Below are positions 20,203-31,383 of a stretch of DNA of 64,000 nt, piece after piece. Each line of letters starts with the position of its first letter. Within the stretch, counting starts at the first letter, position 1. The position numbers and the translations under genes are program-made. The DNA is from a candidate division FCPU426 bacterium (lineage in GTDB: Bacteria > Oederibacteriota > Muellerivitia > Muellerivitales > Muellerivitaceae). The notes under the pieces are model-generated. The model was given only the letters and a program-made list of their open reading frames with translations. It was not told the origin of the DNA and searched no databases. Where the stretch lies: positions 23,068-87,067 of the forward strand of contig CAWCKJ010000009.1 of the NCBI GenBank assembly GCA_963796105.1. The letters are read 5' to 3'.

Positions 20203-23200
20203 TTAATGCTCCACCAGGACCTTAATTGTCTGCTTGGCAATGATCTTCCCGGTAAGGTCCTTCTGTTCCACCTTGGCGATGTAGAGTCCACTTGAGATTC
20301 CAGCGGCGTTCCAGGTCACCCGGCTCGTTCCTCCAGCGCCTTTCAGCTCCGTCACCAGTTCCCCAGCCAGGTCATAGATCCTCACCGTCAGGTTCACGTT
20401 CGTGACAGATCCCTGGAATTCCACTTGGCTGAATCCACCGGTTAAGGGGTTCGGATAAGCCCATACTTTCGGTACCGTCTGTTTCGCGTTGTTCAACACC
20501 ATCACCGACGTCACGATCACCGTCTCCCCGCCTTTTCCATCGGTCGAGTGCACCTCGATGAAGTATTTCCCGTTGGGTACCACCACCCCGCTTGAGGCGT
20601 ATCCTGTCCAGATGGCTGTCACCCCGTTATTTGTCGTAATAATCAGGTTCCCGTCCGTCGGCGATCCCGGCTCCAACACCGTCCCTGACAGCTTCACCCC
20701 CGTAATCACCGTCCCTTGAGGGTCCTCCACCACGCTGTATAGCGTGTCTACGATCTCACCCGCCTCGTTGTAGATGTCGATCGTCACCTTTTCCAATGAC
20801 CTGCTCACCACCACGTTCAATACCACGCTCTTGTCCACCCCGAAGGAGTCCACATTGTCCACCTTCACGTAATAGTCACCATTGGGCACGGGGTTCCCGT
20901 TCTGGTCCGTCCCGTTCCATACCGTGATCTGGGTGTTCTGGTCGTAGATTAATATCGGGTCATTGAGTCCATTAATCAGGTCCCCGTTCTTCAACTGCAG
21001 GTCCACCAAGGGCTGGGAATATTGAGTCACCAAGAGTGTCTTCACCAATTCTCCCGCCTCGTTATACACCCCGATCTTCACCGTGTAGCTCCCCGTCACC
21101 ATCAATGTCGCGCAGGAACTTAAAGGCGATATTCCCGGATAGGTCAAGACCGCGCAGTTCACGATCGGTCCCGCCGGCGTGAAACTGTTAATCGACACCG
21201 TATAGGTGAGTTGGTAGTTCCCTGGAGTAAGAGTGGGTAATGTCCAGTTCATCATGGTCACCCCGCCTGATACGGTGGTCACGGCCGAGGTCCCGGCTGG
21301 GGAGACCCCAAAGGCCACGAAAGTGCAGTTGGGAGGAAGTTGGTCCTGCACCACTACCCCAGGGGCGTTGGCATTGGAGACATTCACATTCAAGGTATAG
21401 GTCACCATGTCCCCTGAGGAACCGGTTGATTCCGACTCCTGCTTTTGCAAGGTTAATGCCGCCGCGGGAGTGGGGGTAGGGGTGAAGGTCGCCGTGGGGG
21501 TAGGTGTCAGGGTATTGGTATTCGTGGGTGTATTGGTGGCTGTAAGCGTATTCGTGGGAGTGGGGGTATTGGTAGGCGTCCTAGTCGGGGTTGGAGTCGG
21601 CGTATTGGTTGCAGTATTGGTGGCAGTCGGAGTGTTGGTATTGGTCGGGGTATTCGTGGCCGTATAGGTGTTGGTGGGGGTGGGAGTATTGGTAGCTGTA
21701 TTGGTGTTAGTCGGGGTATTGGTATTGGTTGGCGTATTTGTGTTTGTCGGAGTGTTGGTGGCGGTATAGGTGTTGGTAGCGGTATTGGTATTCGTCGGCG
21801 TGGCGGTATCAGTCGGGGTATTGGTATTGGTAGGTGTATTGGATGTAGTCGAAGTGGGGGTATTGGTTGGGGTGTTGGTGGGAGTGTTGGTATTCGTCGA
21901 TGTGGCGGTATCCGTAGGGGTATTGGTATTCGTGGGCGTATTGGTAGGTGTAGACGTGGGGGTATTGGTTGGAGTTGGGGTGGGTGTATATGTTTCCGTC
22001 GGGGTGGAAGTGTCTGTCGGAGTATAGGAATTCGTCGGGGTAAATAAGGGTGTATAAGTCCAAGTAGGGGTATCAGTGTAAGTATCTGTGTACGTGGATG
22101 TTGGAGTCTGCGTGGGCGTATTCGTAAAAGTTGGGGTCGGGGTGGTGGTGGGAGTATTGGTCGAGGTATTCGTCGGTGTTGAAGTGGGCGTGGCCGTTGG
22201 TGTGGGAGTAGGTGTCGTAGTTGGAGTACTCGTAGGTGTTGGGGAAGGTGTCAATGTCGGGGTGACCGTAAAGGTGTTTGTGGGAGATGTCGTCCCGGTT
22301 GAGGTATTCGTTGGGGTCGGGGTAACGGTTGGGGTGGAAGTAGGCGTAGGTGTGGGCGTGGTGGTCGGGGTGGGGGTTGGGGTATTGGTCGGAGTAGACG
22401 TAGGCGTATTCGTCGGTGTGGGGGTAGGCGTGGTTGTGGGAGTTGATGTGGGTGTTGGCGTCGGGGTCCTCGTCGGGGTATTGGTGGGTGTCGGCGTAGG
22501 AGTTGTCGTAGGCGTAGGAGTTGGCGTGTTGGTTGGTGTAGAAGTCGGGGTATTGGTAGGCGTCGGCGTGGGGGTCACAGTCGGAGTGGGCGTGGGAGTA
22601 GGGGTTGGGGTCTTAGTCGGTGTGATGGTGGGCGTATTCGTGGGCGGCTGAGTTCCTGTAGGAGTATTCGTCGGCGTTGGCGTGATGGTAGGGGTTGGAG
22701 TCATGGTAGGCGTCGGGGTGATCGTCGGGGTTGGGGTAGGCGTACGGGTCGGGGTAGAGGTGGGGGTATTGGTCGGGGTTGGAGTTGGGGTCGTGGTTGG
22801 TGTCGGAGTAGGTGTATTGGTCGGCGTTGGCGTCGGGGTTCTCGTGGGGGTCGGTGTAGGCGTTGTCGTTGGGGTAGGTGTGGGCGTATTCGTAGGTGTG
22901 GGTGTCGGTGTATTCGTCGGTGTAGGTGAAGGCGTCAGGGTCGGGGTGGGTGTGGGCGTATTGGTCGGCGTGGGTGTCGGTGTCCTTGTGGGAGTAGGTG
23001 TCGGCGTCGTGGTGGGAGTGGGCGTTGGCGTATTGGTCGGTGTGGGCGTTGGGGTATTTGTGGGTGTTGGCGTGGGAGTCGTTGTCGGGGTTGGAGTCGG
23101 GGTAGGGGTTGGCGTCCTTGTGGGGGTATTGGTAGGCGTTGGTGTGGGTGTAATGGTGGGAGTATTGGTGGGTGTCGGCGTCGGGGTTTTGGTCGGGGTG

Positions 23201-26082
23201 ATGGTAGGAGTATTCGTGGGCGACTGGGTCCCGGTTGGGGTATTTGTGGGTGTAGGGGTAATGGTCGGGGTCGGCGTGGGTGTGGGAGTAGGCGTAGTCG
23301 TTGGGGTATTGGTCGTGGTCGGCGTGGGCGTCCTGGTCGGGGTATTCGTGGGCGTCGGGGTAGGTGTGGTTGTCGGTGTTGGAGTAGGAGTGCGTGTGGG
23401 AGTTGGGGTTGGCGTGTTGGTTGGTGTTGGAGTAGGAGTTGTTGTTGGGGTGGGTGTCGGGGTATTGGTAGGGGTCGGCGTTGGAGTCCTCGTCGGAGTG
23501 GGCGTTGGGGTGGTTGTGGGTGTTGGTGTGGGCGTGTTGGTGGGTGTATTGGTAGGAGTCGGAGTGGGAGTGTTGGTCGGGGTTCGAGTCGGTGTTGGCG
23601 TTGGCGTGTTGGTAGGGGTCGGAGTGGGGGTATTGGTCGGGGTGGGAGTGGGAGTGGTTGTCGGCGTCGGTGTAGGTGTCCTAGTCGGGGTCGGGGTGGG
23701 TGTGTTGGTAGGAGTTGGAGTCGGTGTCGTGGTCGGGGTTGGAGTAGGCGTGTTGGTGGGCGTAGGAGTTGGGGTTCTCGTAGGGGTTGGTGTCGGGGTC
23801 GTAGTGGGTGTAGGAGTAGGCGTATTGGTAGGGGTCGGGCTAGGAGTAGGGGTGGGCGTGGGGGTGGGTGTCCTGGTAGGTGTGGGCGTAGGAGTTACGG
23901 TTGGGGTTGGGGTAGGTGTGTTAGTGGGAGTCGGGGTGGGTGTTGTTGTGGGTGTGGGTGTCGGGGTACGTGTAGGAGTCGGTGTGGGTGAAGGCGTCGG
24001 GGTTGGTGTCGGGGTGTTAGTAGGGGTTGGAGTCCTGGTTGGCGTAGGGGTCGGGGAAACAGTTGGCGTGGGGGTTGGTGAGGGTGTGGGGGTTGGGGTA
24101 TTTGTGGGGGTAGGTGTTGGAGTTCTGGTCGGGGTGTTAGTCGGCGTCGGAGTAGGTGTATTGGTTGGGGTCGGTGTGGGTGTTCGAGTAGGGGTTGGAG
24201 ATGGCGTTGGGGTCGGCGTGGGGGTTGGCGTATTAGTTGGAGTGTTTGTCGGGGTGGGTGTCGGCGTCCTCGTGGGTGTGGGGGTAGGTGAAGGCGTTGG
24301 TGTGGGAGTGGGAGTGTTGGTGGGTGTTGGAGTTGGGGTCCTAGTCGGGGTAGGGGTAGGAGTCGGGGTATTGGTGGGTGTGGGGGTTGGGGTCAGGCTC
24401 CTGGTTGGCGTTGGAGAAGGAGTGGGAGTTGGGGTATTGGTACGGGTAGGAGTCGGTGTATAAGTGAATGTTGGAGTATAAGTGTAAGTATATGTGTAAG
24501 TATATGTAAAGGTCGGGGTACTGCACTGTTGGGTGATGGCTACGGTACTAGTGGTCAATGGACAGCCGGAAATCAATTCGGAATAATCAGTAAATACTGA
24601 ACAGTTGGCTGGTTGGCTATTGAATTGATAATTCAATTCCCAAGTTACGCATTGACTGGGTGCCAATCCAAAATAAACAATGGTTGGAGGAACACTGTTA
24701 TTGCCGCCGGTAGGAGCCGCATAACTGACCCCGGCACCTGTCACATGAGTGTTTGCGTCATTCATGTTGCAACCGCTGGTATCGCCGCAAAAGCCCAATA
24801 AAGCCAGGTTTCCGCCGGCGTATCCCGTGGCTACATCCGTAATGGTTACTGACGCTTGGGTAACAGTGCCACTATTGCAAACCGCGATATCGAAAGTAAC
24901 ACCGGTTCCTCCTTGGAAATTGGCCGGAAGGGTGTTCGCAAGCTTTTTCGATATCGTGAAGGGATTTACTCCGACAGTTACCGCACCTGGCACTCCCGTA
25001 CCGGCGCTGCTGGTGACCGAGGCCGTGTTGGGATAGTTGCCTGTACATGCAGACCCCACCTGCTCAACAACTTTCAAGGTCACCGGAGTCTGACAGGCAG
25101 TCAGGTTGCCGACGCTCCAGGTGAGAGTGCCCCCCGAGTAAGTCGCGGTTCCCTGCCCCGCCGTGGCGCTCGTGTAAGTGAAACAACTCGGCAATGGATC
25201 TGTGACTGTGACGTTGGTTTCCGCCGCGATGTTATAAACACTCAAGTTCCGGAAAGTGATGTCACCCTGGTTCGCCTGAAAGCCGAAATCACCTGTAGAA
25301 TAGGTATTCAGGTTGTTGTCCGTGACTGTCAACTGCCAGCCCGGTTCCGCCGTGCCCGATTGCCATATTTTCGCTAAAAGCTGGTTGCCGCAAATGCGCA
25401 CGCGGTAGGAAAACCAGGTGTTGCGCGAAATGCAGGGAACTGTGGCCTGGGTGGTGGTGGTGTTGTTCCCATCAGTAAAGGAAGTATTGGTACAAGAACT
25501 TCCTTGAACTGTGTCGTAGAAAAGCCTGCTGGTTCCATTACAAGTATCGCTCAACTGCCATTGGTCGGCCCGGAGCATGAAATATTGCTGGCAGTTGGCG
25601 TAGCGCGGTATAAAAACAGTGTCGTCATCGCCGGAGAGAGCTGAATCGGGAAGGCAAGACTCGTAGGTAAATTCAACATTCGGCCCAACTGACACGTTGG
25701 ATATGATTTGGGGGTATTGGCTTACCGCCGCTGAGTTGTATGGCCCGTAATTAAGACCCGTGCATCCCCCGGTTTCAGCCCGGATTCCCCAGGAAGCTCC
25801 GGTCCAACCATAGGTCGCTCCACTGCTGGCTGTCCCTGCGTTGGTCCAGCCCGTTGGGACAGATCCGCTGGTTAAAGCATAGGAATCGACTAGGTCCGAG
25901 GCTGTGTCGCCTGGTTGCACCACAAGGGTGTAGGTGATGGGAGCGCAGGGTAAGTAAGAAGTATTGTCCGCGATCTTGGTAACCATGGCGGCGTTCGCAG
26001 GCAAGAAGGAACAAACGACTAATGCCAAAACTATTAAAAAACTAAGAGACCGGCGAACGGTCAGGTTATCAATTTTTTTCAT
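20203..26082 (-). CDS. Giant secreted Thr/Pro-rich surface protein B (1959 aa), paralog of A with a different head (ConA/DUF1080-like insert in DUF11-like domain)
   Basis: Signal peptide ending ANA-A; [39 protein letters not shown]; ~1020 aa stalk; the C-terminal ~420 aa aligns with protein A. Confidence 0.88.
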   Translation of the reverse strand: MKKIDNLTVRRSLSFLIVLALVVCSFLPANAAMVTKIADNTSYLPCAPITYTLVVQPGDTASDLVDSYALTSGSVPTGWTNAGTASSGATYGWTGASWGIRAETGGCTGLNYGPYNSAAVSQYPQIISNVSVGPNVEFTYESCLPDSALSGDDDTVFIPRYANCQQYFMLRADQWQLSDTCNGTSRLFYDTVQGSSCTNTSFTDGNNTTTTQATVPCISRNTWFSYRVRICGNQLLAKIWQSGTAEPGWQLTVTDNNLNTYSTGDFGFQANQGDITFRNLSVYNIAAETNVTVTDPLPSCFTYTSATAGQGTATYSGGTLTWSVGNLTACQTPVTLKVVEQVGSACTGNYPNTASVTSSAGTGVPGAVTVGVNPFTISKKLANTLPANFQGGTGVTFDIAVCNSGTVTQASVTITDVATGYAGGNLALLGFCGDTSGCNMNDANTHVTGAGVSYAAPTGGNNSVPPTIVYFGLAPSQCVTWELNYQFNSQPANCSVFTDYSELISGCPLTTSTVAITQQCSTPTFTYTYTYTYTYTPTFTYTPTPTRTNTPTPTPSPTPTRSLTPTPTPTNTPTPTPTPTRTPTPTPTNTPTPTPTPSPTPTPTRTPTPTPTNTPTNTPTPTPTPTPSPTPTRTPTPTPTNTPTPTPTNTPTRTPTPTPTNTPTPTPSPTPTPTVSPTPTPTRTPTPTNTPTPTPTPSPTPTPTRTPTPTPTTTPTPTPTNTPTPTPTVTPTPTPTRTPTPTPTPTPSPTPTNTPTPTPTTTPTPTPTRTPTPTPTNTPTPTPTTTPTPTPTNTPTPTPTRTPTPTPTTTPTPTPTNTPTPTPTNTPTPTPTRTPTNTPTPTPTNTPTNTPTPTPTTTPTPTPTRTPTPTPTNTPTPTPTTTPTPTPTNTPTPTPTRTPTPTPTTTPTPTPTNTPTRTPTPTTTNTPTTTPTPTPTPTPTITPTPTNTPTGTQSPTNTPTITPTKTPTPTPTNTPTITPTPTPTNTPTRTPTPTPTPTPTTTPTPTPTNTPTPTPTNTPTPTPTTTPTPTPTRTPTPTPTNTPTPTPTLTPSPTPTNTPTPTPTNTPTPTPTTTPTPTPTRTPTPTPTNTPTPTPTTTPTPTPTNTPTSTPTRTPTPTPTITPTPTMTPTPTITPTPTNTPTGTQPPTNTPTITPTKTPTPTPTPTPTVTPTPTPTNTPTSTPTNTPTPTPTTTPTPTPTNTPTRTPTPTPTSTPTTTPTPTPTNTPTSTPTNTPTPTPTTTPTPTPTSTPTVTPTPTNTSTGTTSPTNTFTVTPTLTPSPTPTSTPTTTPTPTPTATPTSTPTNTSTNTPTTTPTPTFTNTPTQTPTSTYTDTYTDTPTWTYTPLFTPTNSYTPTDTSTPTETYTPTPTPTNTPTSTPTNTPTNTNTPTDTATSTNTNTPTNTPTNTPTSTTSNTPTNTNTPTDTATPTNTNTATNTYTATNTPTNTNTPTNTNTPTNTNTATNTPTPTNTYTATNTPTNTNTPTATNTATNTPTPTPTRTPTNTPTPTNTLTATNTPTNTNTLTPTPTATFTPTPTPAAALTLQKQESESTGSSGDMVTYTLNVNVSNANAPGVVVQDQLPPNCTFVAFGVSPAGTSAVTTVSGGVTMMNWTLPTLTPGNYQLTYTVSINSFTPAGPIVNCAVLTYPGISPLSSCATLMVTGSYTVKIGVYNEAGELVKTLLVTQYSQPLVDLQLKNGDLINGLNDPILIYDQNTQITVWNGTDQNGNPVPNGDYYVKVDNVDSFGVDKSVVLNVVVSRSLEKVTIDIYNEAGEIVDTLYSVVEDPQGTVITGVKLSGTVLEPGSPTDGNLIITTNNGVTAIWTGYASSGVVVPNGKYFIEVHSTDGKGGETVIVTSVMVLNNAKQTVPKVWAYPNPLTGGFSQVEFQGSVTNVNLTVRIYDLAGELVTELKGAGGTSRVTWNAAGISSGLYIAKVEQKDLTGKIIAKQTIKVLVEH
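21465..24520 (-). repeat. Low-complexity X-T-P-T coding repeat (stalk of protein B)
   Basis: Strict Thr/Ser dyad periodicity with scrambled synonymous codons. Confidence 0.95.
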
Positions 26083-26462
26083 ATTAAAATTCTAAATCCT
26101 AATTATTACTTACAAACTCGAACATCCATTACAAACGTTATGAGTAATTATCTCGCAAAAGATGGTTAATTTTATTATAAAACCTGCAAAAAACGTTCCA
26201 CCTTCAGGTATTTTTTAGGGCCTAAAAACGTGATATTTCAGCCAAATCATCCCGAAAAGATTGGAAATCCAGGAATCAATTCCAAAAATGTCAGTTTTTT
26301 TGTTTTTCTAGGGTTTATTTTGACTATCTATGGTTAATCCCCATGATACTTGGCGAGTGGGGTATTCTTAAAAGAAGTGCATTGATCCCTGAAAATTAGG
26401 AAAATGATTCACTCCGTTTTGTTTCCCAAAATCAAAAACGATAACTTCATCGGTAGGATCAA

Positions 26463-28505
26463 ATGCTGGAAACTGACCCTAAAATCCAAAAACGTAAAAT
26501 ATTCACCCTGACTCGGCTTCTGGTAATTTTAATCTTGGCGGGAATTTCCATTTTAATCTGGACACTCCACCAACGCGCTGAGCGGGAAAAAATTGAGAAC
26601 AGGCCCGACATTCTGGAACCCCTGGCTTTCCAGCCGCTACCCCTCGGGGCCATCAAGCCCAAAGGCTGGCTATTGGACCAGCTCCAGCTTCAGGCAAGCG
26701 GACTCTCGGGGCATCTGGACGAATTCTGGCCTGATATCTCTCAGAGCGGCTGGATTGGGGGCAAGGGAGAAGGTTGGGAGCGAGGGCCCTATTGGCTGGA
26801 CGGCGTTGTTCCCCTCGCGTTCTTGCTTGATGACCCTAAGCTCAAAAAAAAAGTCACCCATTGGATGGACTATATCCTTAACCACCAGCTTCCCGACGGA
26901 TGGCTGGGACCCGAACAAGGCGCTACCCCTTACGGTTTCAAGCCCTACCAGAATCCAGTGCGCGACCCATGGCCGCAATTCGTCATTCTCAAGGCCATGT
27001 CCCAATACGAGGAAGCCACCGGCGACAAGAGAATCATTCCGGCAATGCGGAAAGATCTCCAAAGCTTGAACACCCAACTGGACCAGAGAAAATTATTCGG
27101 TTGGAATTTCTTCAGGTGGCAGGACCTTTTGGTCAGTATCTACTGGCTTTACGACCGGACCGGAGAGTCCTGGCTTTTGGAACTGGCGAGGAAGACGGCC
27201 ATCCAGGGTTATAATTGGCCTAAGCATTTCTCCGACTTGCCGGTCAAGGAAAAGACCAAGGAATGGAACATGGTGGCCCACGTGGTCAATAACGCCATGG
27301 GCCTTAAGGCCCCGGCCATCCTCTACCGCCTGACGGGAGAAGACTTGTTCAAAAAGTCATCGCTGAAAGCCCTGCAGGAGCTGGATCGCTGGCACGGCGA
27401 ACCCAACGGCCTTATGAGCGGCGATGAGTGCCTAGCGGGAAGGAGTCCCTCTCAAGGCACGGAATTATGCGCCATCGTGGAAACCATGTTCTCCCTGGAA
27501 ACTGACCTGTCAATCCTTGGAAGCACCGTCTTCGCCGACCGTCTGGAAAAAATCGCCTTCAACGCCCTCCCTGCCGCCTTCACGAATGACTATTGGTGCC
27601 ATCAATATGTGGAGCAATCTAACCAGGTCGTCTGTGCTTTTTTTAAGGAGCCTGTTTATTCCACAAACACCGGCGGCGCCAACATTTTCGGTTTGGAACC
27701 CCATTACGGTTGCTGCACCTCCAATATGCACCAGGGATGGCCCAAGCTGGTTTCCCATTTGTGGATGAAAACACCGGATGGGGGTTTAGCAGCCGTGGCC
27801 TACGCGCCAAGCTTGGTGGAGTACCAGTTTTCAGGCGTCCCCGTTCGAATTGAGCTGGAAACGAATTATCCCTTCAGCGAGGACCTGCTTTTTAAGGTTT
27901 CGGTTCCCAATGTTGTTGAATTCCCTCTCTATTTACGCGTGCCGGGTTGGGCGGAAGGGGCCACTTTAAAAATGCCTGATGGAAGCATTCAAACCCTCAA
28001 GGCTGGCTGTTACCAAAAAATATTGCGCGCCTGGGCTGGAAATCAAACTTTATCCCTACATTTGCCGATGAACTTCCGGTTGTATGGGGGCATGAATGAT
28101 TCCGTAAGCGTGGAGAGGGGGCCTTTGGTATACAGCCTGGGTCTCAAGGAAAACTGGGTAAAATTCCAGCCATTCAGGTTCCAACCCCGGAATAATCCTA
28201 AGAATGATTTCGCAGTCTTGCCCCAAAGTCCTTGGAATTACGGGCTGGTGCTTGACAAAAGCCATCTCGGCAAATCGCTGACATTTCAGGACAGCCCTCT
28301 TAAGGGAAATCCCTTTTCATCAGAAGGTACTCCAGAACATATCTTGGTGCAAGCCAAGCGTATTCCAAACTGGATGGATTCCCAAGGAGCGCCTTCCCCC
28401 CCTCCCCAAAGCCCTGTCAAGACTGACGTTTCCGCGGAGGGATTAACCCTTGTTCCATATGGATCCACCCGTTTGCGAGTCACCGAATTCCCGGTTTGTA
28501 AATAA
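26463..28505 (+). CDS. GH127/GH146-like beta-L-arabinofuranosidase with N-terminal membrane anchor
   Basis: IKPKGWL, WERGPYWLDG, SGDE, GTELCAIVE and YGCCTSN (Zn/Cys ligands), RGPLVY, LVPYG. Confidence 0.88.
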   Translation: MLETDPKIQKRKIFTLTRLLVILILAGISILIWTLHQRAEREKIENRPDILEPLAFQPLPLGAIKPKGWLLDQLQLQASGLSGHLDEFWPDISQSGWIGGKGEGWERGPYWLDGVVPLAFLLDDPKLKKKVTHWMDYILNHQLPDGWLGPEQGATPYGFKPYQNPVRDPWPQFVILKAMSQYEEATGDKRIIPAMRKDLQSLNTQLDQRKLFGWNFFRWQDLLVSIYWLYDRTGESWLLELARKTAIQGYNWPKHFSDLPVKEKTKEWNMVAHVVNNAMGLKAPAILYRLTGEDLFKKSSLKALQELDRWHGEPNGLMSGDECLAGRSPSQGTELCAIVETMFSLETDLSILGSTVFADRLEKIAFNALPAAFTNDYWCHQYVEQSNQVVCAFFKEPVYSTNTGGANIFGLEPHYGCCTSNMHQGWPKLVSHLWMKTPDGGLAAVAYAPSLVEYQFSGVPVRIELETNYPFSEDLLFKVSVPNVVEFPLYLRVPGWAEGATLKMPDGSIQTLKAGCYQKILRAWAGNQTLSLHLPMNFRLYGGMNDSVSVERGPLVYSLGLKENWVKFQPFRFQPRNNPKNDFAVLPQSPWNYGLVLDKSHLGKSLTFQDSPLKGNPFSSEGTPEHILVQAKRIPNWMDSQGAPSPPPQSPVKTDVSAEGLTLVPYGSTRLRVTEFPVCK

Positions 28506-28569
28506 TGAATATTTGACACCCATGAATGCGAGAAGAAATATTTCCTGAACCACAGGCAGGAAAAAGCTT

Positions 28570-31371
28570 TTATTCCCTCGGACTTTGAAGCATGAAAAGA
28601 TAATCCCTCAAGGCTTCCCGTTGTTTCTGGGAATCCCCATGGAAATATTGCGTAATCGGCGAGGCACCCTGGGGCCAGAAACCAGGCATGCGGGTTCCCG
28701 GCATGAGGTCGTCCGGATTTTTCAGCCATTCCACCACCCAATCCGGCTTTAAACGCATATGCACTTTCAACAAATCCGGCGCCGCAGAATTGAGATCCGG
28801 CGGAATCTTATTACCTAATACGTGGCACTTTTGGCACTGTAATTTGCCGAACAGGGCATGTGCCTGGGCCAAATCATTTCCCTTCAAGGGGGTCGTGGAA
28901 TAATCCTTGAAAGGGAATACTTGGTCATCCCTTAGGTTGAAATAAGATATGACATTGCTGGTGTCCTCGTCATTCCAATGAAAGCTAGGCATGCGAATGT
29001 GAAGCCAAGGCCGGATGGCTTGAACATTCGTTAGAAAATCATGGAACCAGCCAATTTGAACCTTGGAACCTTCCTTGCGAAGGTTGGGGGGAGCCAGTGA
29101 AAAATCCAAACCCTCTTTCTCATATATTTGCCTGATCTTACCACCCTGGTCCTCGATCAGATGGCAACCCCTGCAATTGAACTTGGCGATAACCCGCCGC
29201 CCTTTTTCCAATAGGGGTCCATTTCCATGGATACCCGCCATCATCTCATCGGGTATGTAGCTGTTGGTTAGTCCCAAGACCGCTGTTACGATCGCATCCC
29301 GGTCGGAATCCGAAAGGTAAAAGTTAGGCATCTTCAGCCGGTCTTGGAAAGCCTGAACCCGGATATCATAAAACTGGCGGGGATTGGAAAGCTTCGCGTT
29401 GATAAAAGCCTCGTGTGTATGAGGCAGATTAGTCAGGCCGAAATCAATCTGGCTAATCTGCTTGGAACCCCATTCGGACAATTCGGTTCCTATACCCTGG
29501 GCCGTCTCAAAACCCTGGATTATATGACAGCCGTAACAACCGTACTTAACCAGACTCTTCTGTCCCAAAAGCTTTTGCTTGTCCGCCTCAGCCATTGCTC
29601 TGACCTGGGATTGGGCGGCGGTCTGGCCCATTTGAATTTTCAAGTAATCCACCAGTAAAGCATCCCGCGCGGTCAGATCGGCTTTTGGGGATTCCAGTTG
29701 CTCGAAGTCAATATTTCTCTTTGAAGAGAGATAAGCGGTAAGATCGGAAGCCTCCTTGGCCGACAACCTCAGATTGGGCATGCGCGTATCGGGATCATAA
29801 CGGCGGGGATCCTTGATCCAACTGTAGATCCAGGGAGATGAAAGTTTACTTCCCACGGATGAAAGGTCCGGAGCAAAATTCGCGTGGTAACTGGTGATGT
29901 CATCGATTCCGTGGCAGGCCGCGCAGCCCACCGTCTTGAAAAGTTTCTTACCTTCCACGGCATTGCCGGGAAGGGGCGATTCCATGGGGCGGTAGTCCCC
30001 CGAGTGGTCGTAAAGATAATCCACAATGGAAGTCATCTCGGCTTTGGTCTTGGCGAGACCTTCCTTGTCCTTATTGTTGTCTTGCTGGAAATAACTGGGC
30101 ATCCGAGCCTCGGGATTGTAGGCGTGTGGATTCCAAACCCACTTCAGGACAAAATTTCTTTGAAGTTTTCCTTTGATCCTCAGCAGATTGGGCCCAGCTT
30201 TCGGCATGTTTTCGAGGTTCTTGACCTTGTGGCAACCCACGCAACCCCTTACCACCATGAGTTCCCTACCCTTATCCAACGTTGGGGCGAAGTTGACGTG
30301 TTGTTGAGTCCCATGGCACTTGAGACAGGAACCCTCGGTATACTTCAAGGGAAGCATGGGAACGGGCACACCCTCCGGTTCTTTCCAGCCGAATTTCTTT
30401 TTCCACTTAAGGGCCATTTCCTCGTTATTAGGAACATGAGCGCAGGTATTGAAGTTGACGGCTTCCCCCACACCTCCATGGCAAACCGTACAACCGATCT
30501 TATCCAGAGGATGGGGGCTGGTGGCGCCTAGGTAGAGATCCAAATGGGGGTGGGTTCGGTACGGCTGGGGGGCGTCCTCAAAACCCTTTTGGTCGATTGC
30601 CAAGTGGCAGGTCGTACACCTGTCCACCCTCATGGTACGGGCAAAGTAAAGATCCTCAGGCAGGTTCTTCAACACAATCTGGTTCACCTTCAGGGTTGGG
30701 GACATGAAATCTAAAAGCATCGCGTTCCGGAATTGGAAGATAGAGTTGAAACTTAAATTCCGATACTTGGTTTTTAGGAGATTGAGTTTGGCCGTGAGTT
30801 TTTTGATCCGGTCAGAGAGGTCATCCCGCCGGCCGTTTATGGCAGATAATGCTTTCTCGGTCTCTCCCTGGGCCTGTCGAAGCTCAAAAAGCTTCTGGTT
30901 CATCCGGTTGGCGTCGTCGATAAGGCCGTTGAGTTTTTTCTCAAGACCCGGGTTTTCCCGGTGTTCCTTCAGGAAATGCTCGGTATAGTCATATTTAACC
31001 GCGTCGATCCGGGCTTTTCCAAGGAGATAATCGCCGTTCAGCTTGTAGATTTGAGCGTCCTTGAGCGCTATTTCCTTCTGGAAGTTTTCAATTTGGTCAC
31101 CGTGAGATTTCAAATCATGGTTGGCTTCCTGCAAGTCAGCTTGTAATTGATTAACCTGGGTCCAGTCCACTTCCGAGTTCACCAGCGGGTACTGCTCCCG
31201 GATCTTGGCCCTTTGAAGTCGCATGAAACCGCGCTGGTAGGCTTTCCAGGGCTTGTTGTAGTCGAACCAGGCCATCAGGACCACGCAAACGAGCAAAGCC
31301 ATGCTGGACCCAAGAAAAACCTTGGTCAAAGTATGGACGTTGTAAACCCGTTCGTCCTTGATATCAGCCAA
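28570..31371 (-). CDS. Membrane-anchored octaheme cytochrome c of the Rieske/cytb complex
   Basis: Eight CxxCH motifs (CTTCH, CTVCH, CLKCH, CVGCH, CAACH, CYGCH, CRGCH, CQKCH); N-terminal TM followed by a coiled coil; repeated RMP axial-Met motifs. Confidence 0.92.
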   Translation of the reverse strand: MADIKDERVYNVHTLTKVFLGSSMALLVCVVLMAWFDYNKPWKAYQRGFMRLQRAKIREQYPLVNSEVDWTQVNQLQADLQEANHDLKSHGDQIENFQKEIALKDAQIYKLNGDYLLGKARIDAVKYDYTEHFLKEHRENPGLEKKLNGLIDDANRMNQKLFELRQAQGETEKALSAINGRRDDLSDRIKKLTAKLNLLKTKYRNLSFNSIFQFRNAMLLDFMSPTLKVNQIVLKNLPEDLYFARTMRVDRCTTCHLAIDQKGFEDAPQPYRTHPHLDLYLGATSPHPLDKIGCTVCHGGVGEAVNFNTCAHVPNNEEMALKWKKKFGWKEPEGVPVPMLPLKYTEGSCLKCHGTQQHVNFAPTLDKGRELMVVRGCVGCHKVKNLENMPKAGPNLLRIKGKLQRNFVLKWVWNPHAYNPEARMPSYFQQDNNKDKEGLAKTKAEMTSIVDYLYDHSGDYRPMESPLPGNAVEGKKLFKTVGCAACHGIDDITSYHANFAPDLSSVGSKLSSPWIYSWIKDPRRYDPDTRMPNLRLSAKEASDLTAYLSSKRNIDFEQLESPKADLTARDALLVDYLKIQMGQTAAQSQVRAMAEADKQKLLGQKSLVKYGCYGCHIIQGFETAQGIGTELSEWGSKQISQIDFGLTNLPHTHEAFINAKLSNPRQFYDIRVQAFQDRLKMPNFYLSDSDRDAIVTAVLGLTNSYIPDEMMAGIHGNGPLLEKGRRVIAKFNCRGCHLIEDQGGKIRQIYEKEGLDFSLAPPNLRKEGSKVQIGWFHDFLTNVQAIRPWLHIRMPSFHWNDEDTSNVISYFNLRDDQVFPFKDYSTTPLKGNDLAQAHALFGKLQCQKCHVLGNKIPPDLNSAAPDLLKVHMRLKPDWVVEWLKNPDDLMPGTRMPGFWPQGASPITQYFHGDSQKQREALRDYLFMLQSPRE

Positions 31372-31383
31372 TGAACTTTCCTT

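Noticed and set aside
13339-24463. Long + strand Val-Gly ORFs (849, 593, 317 aa) and Gly/Arg-rich ORFs
   Set aside because: Antisense shadows of Thr/Pro codons (ACN CCN), which rarely generate stops; they have no independent start signals or domains.
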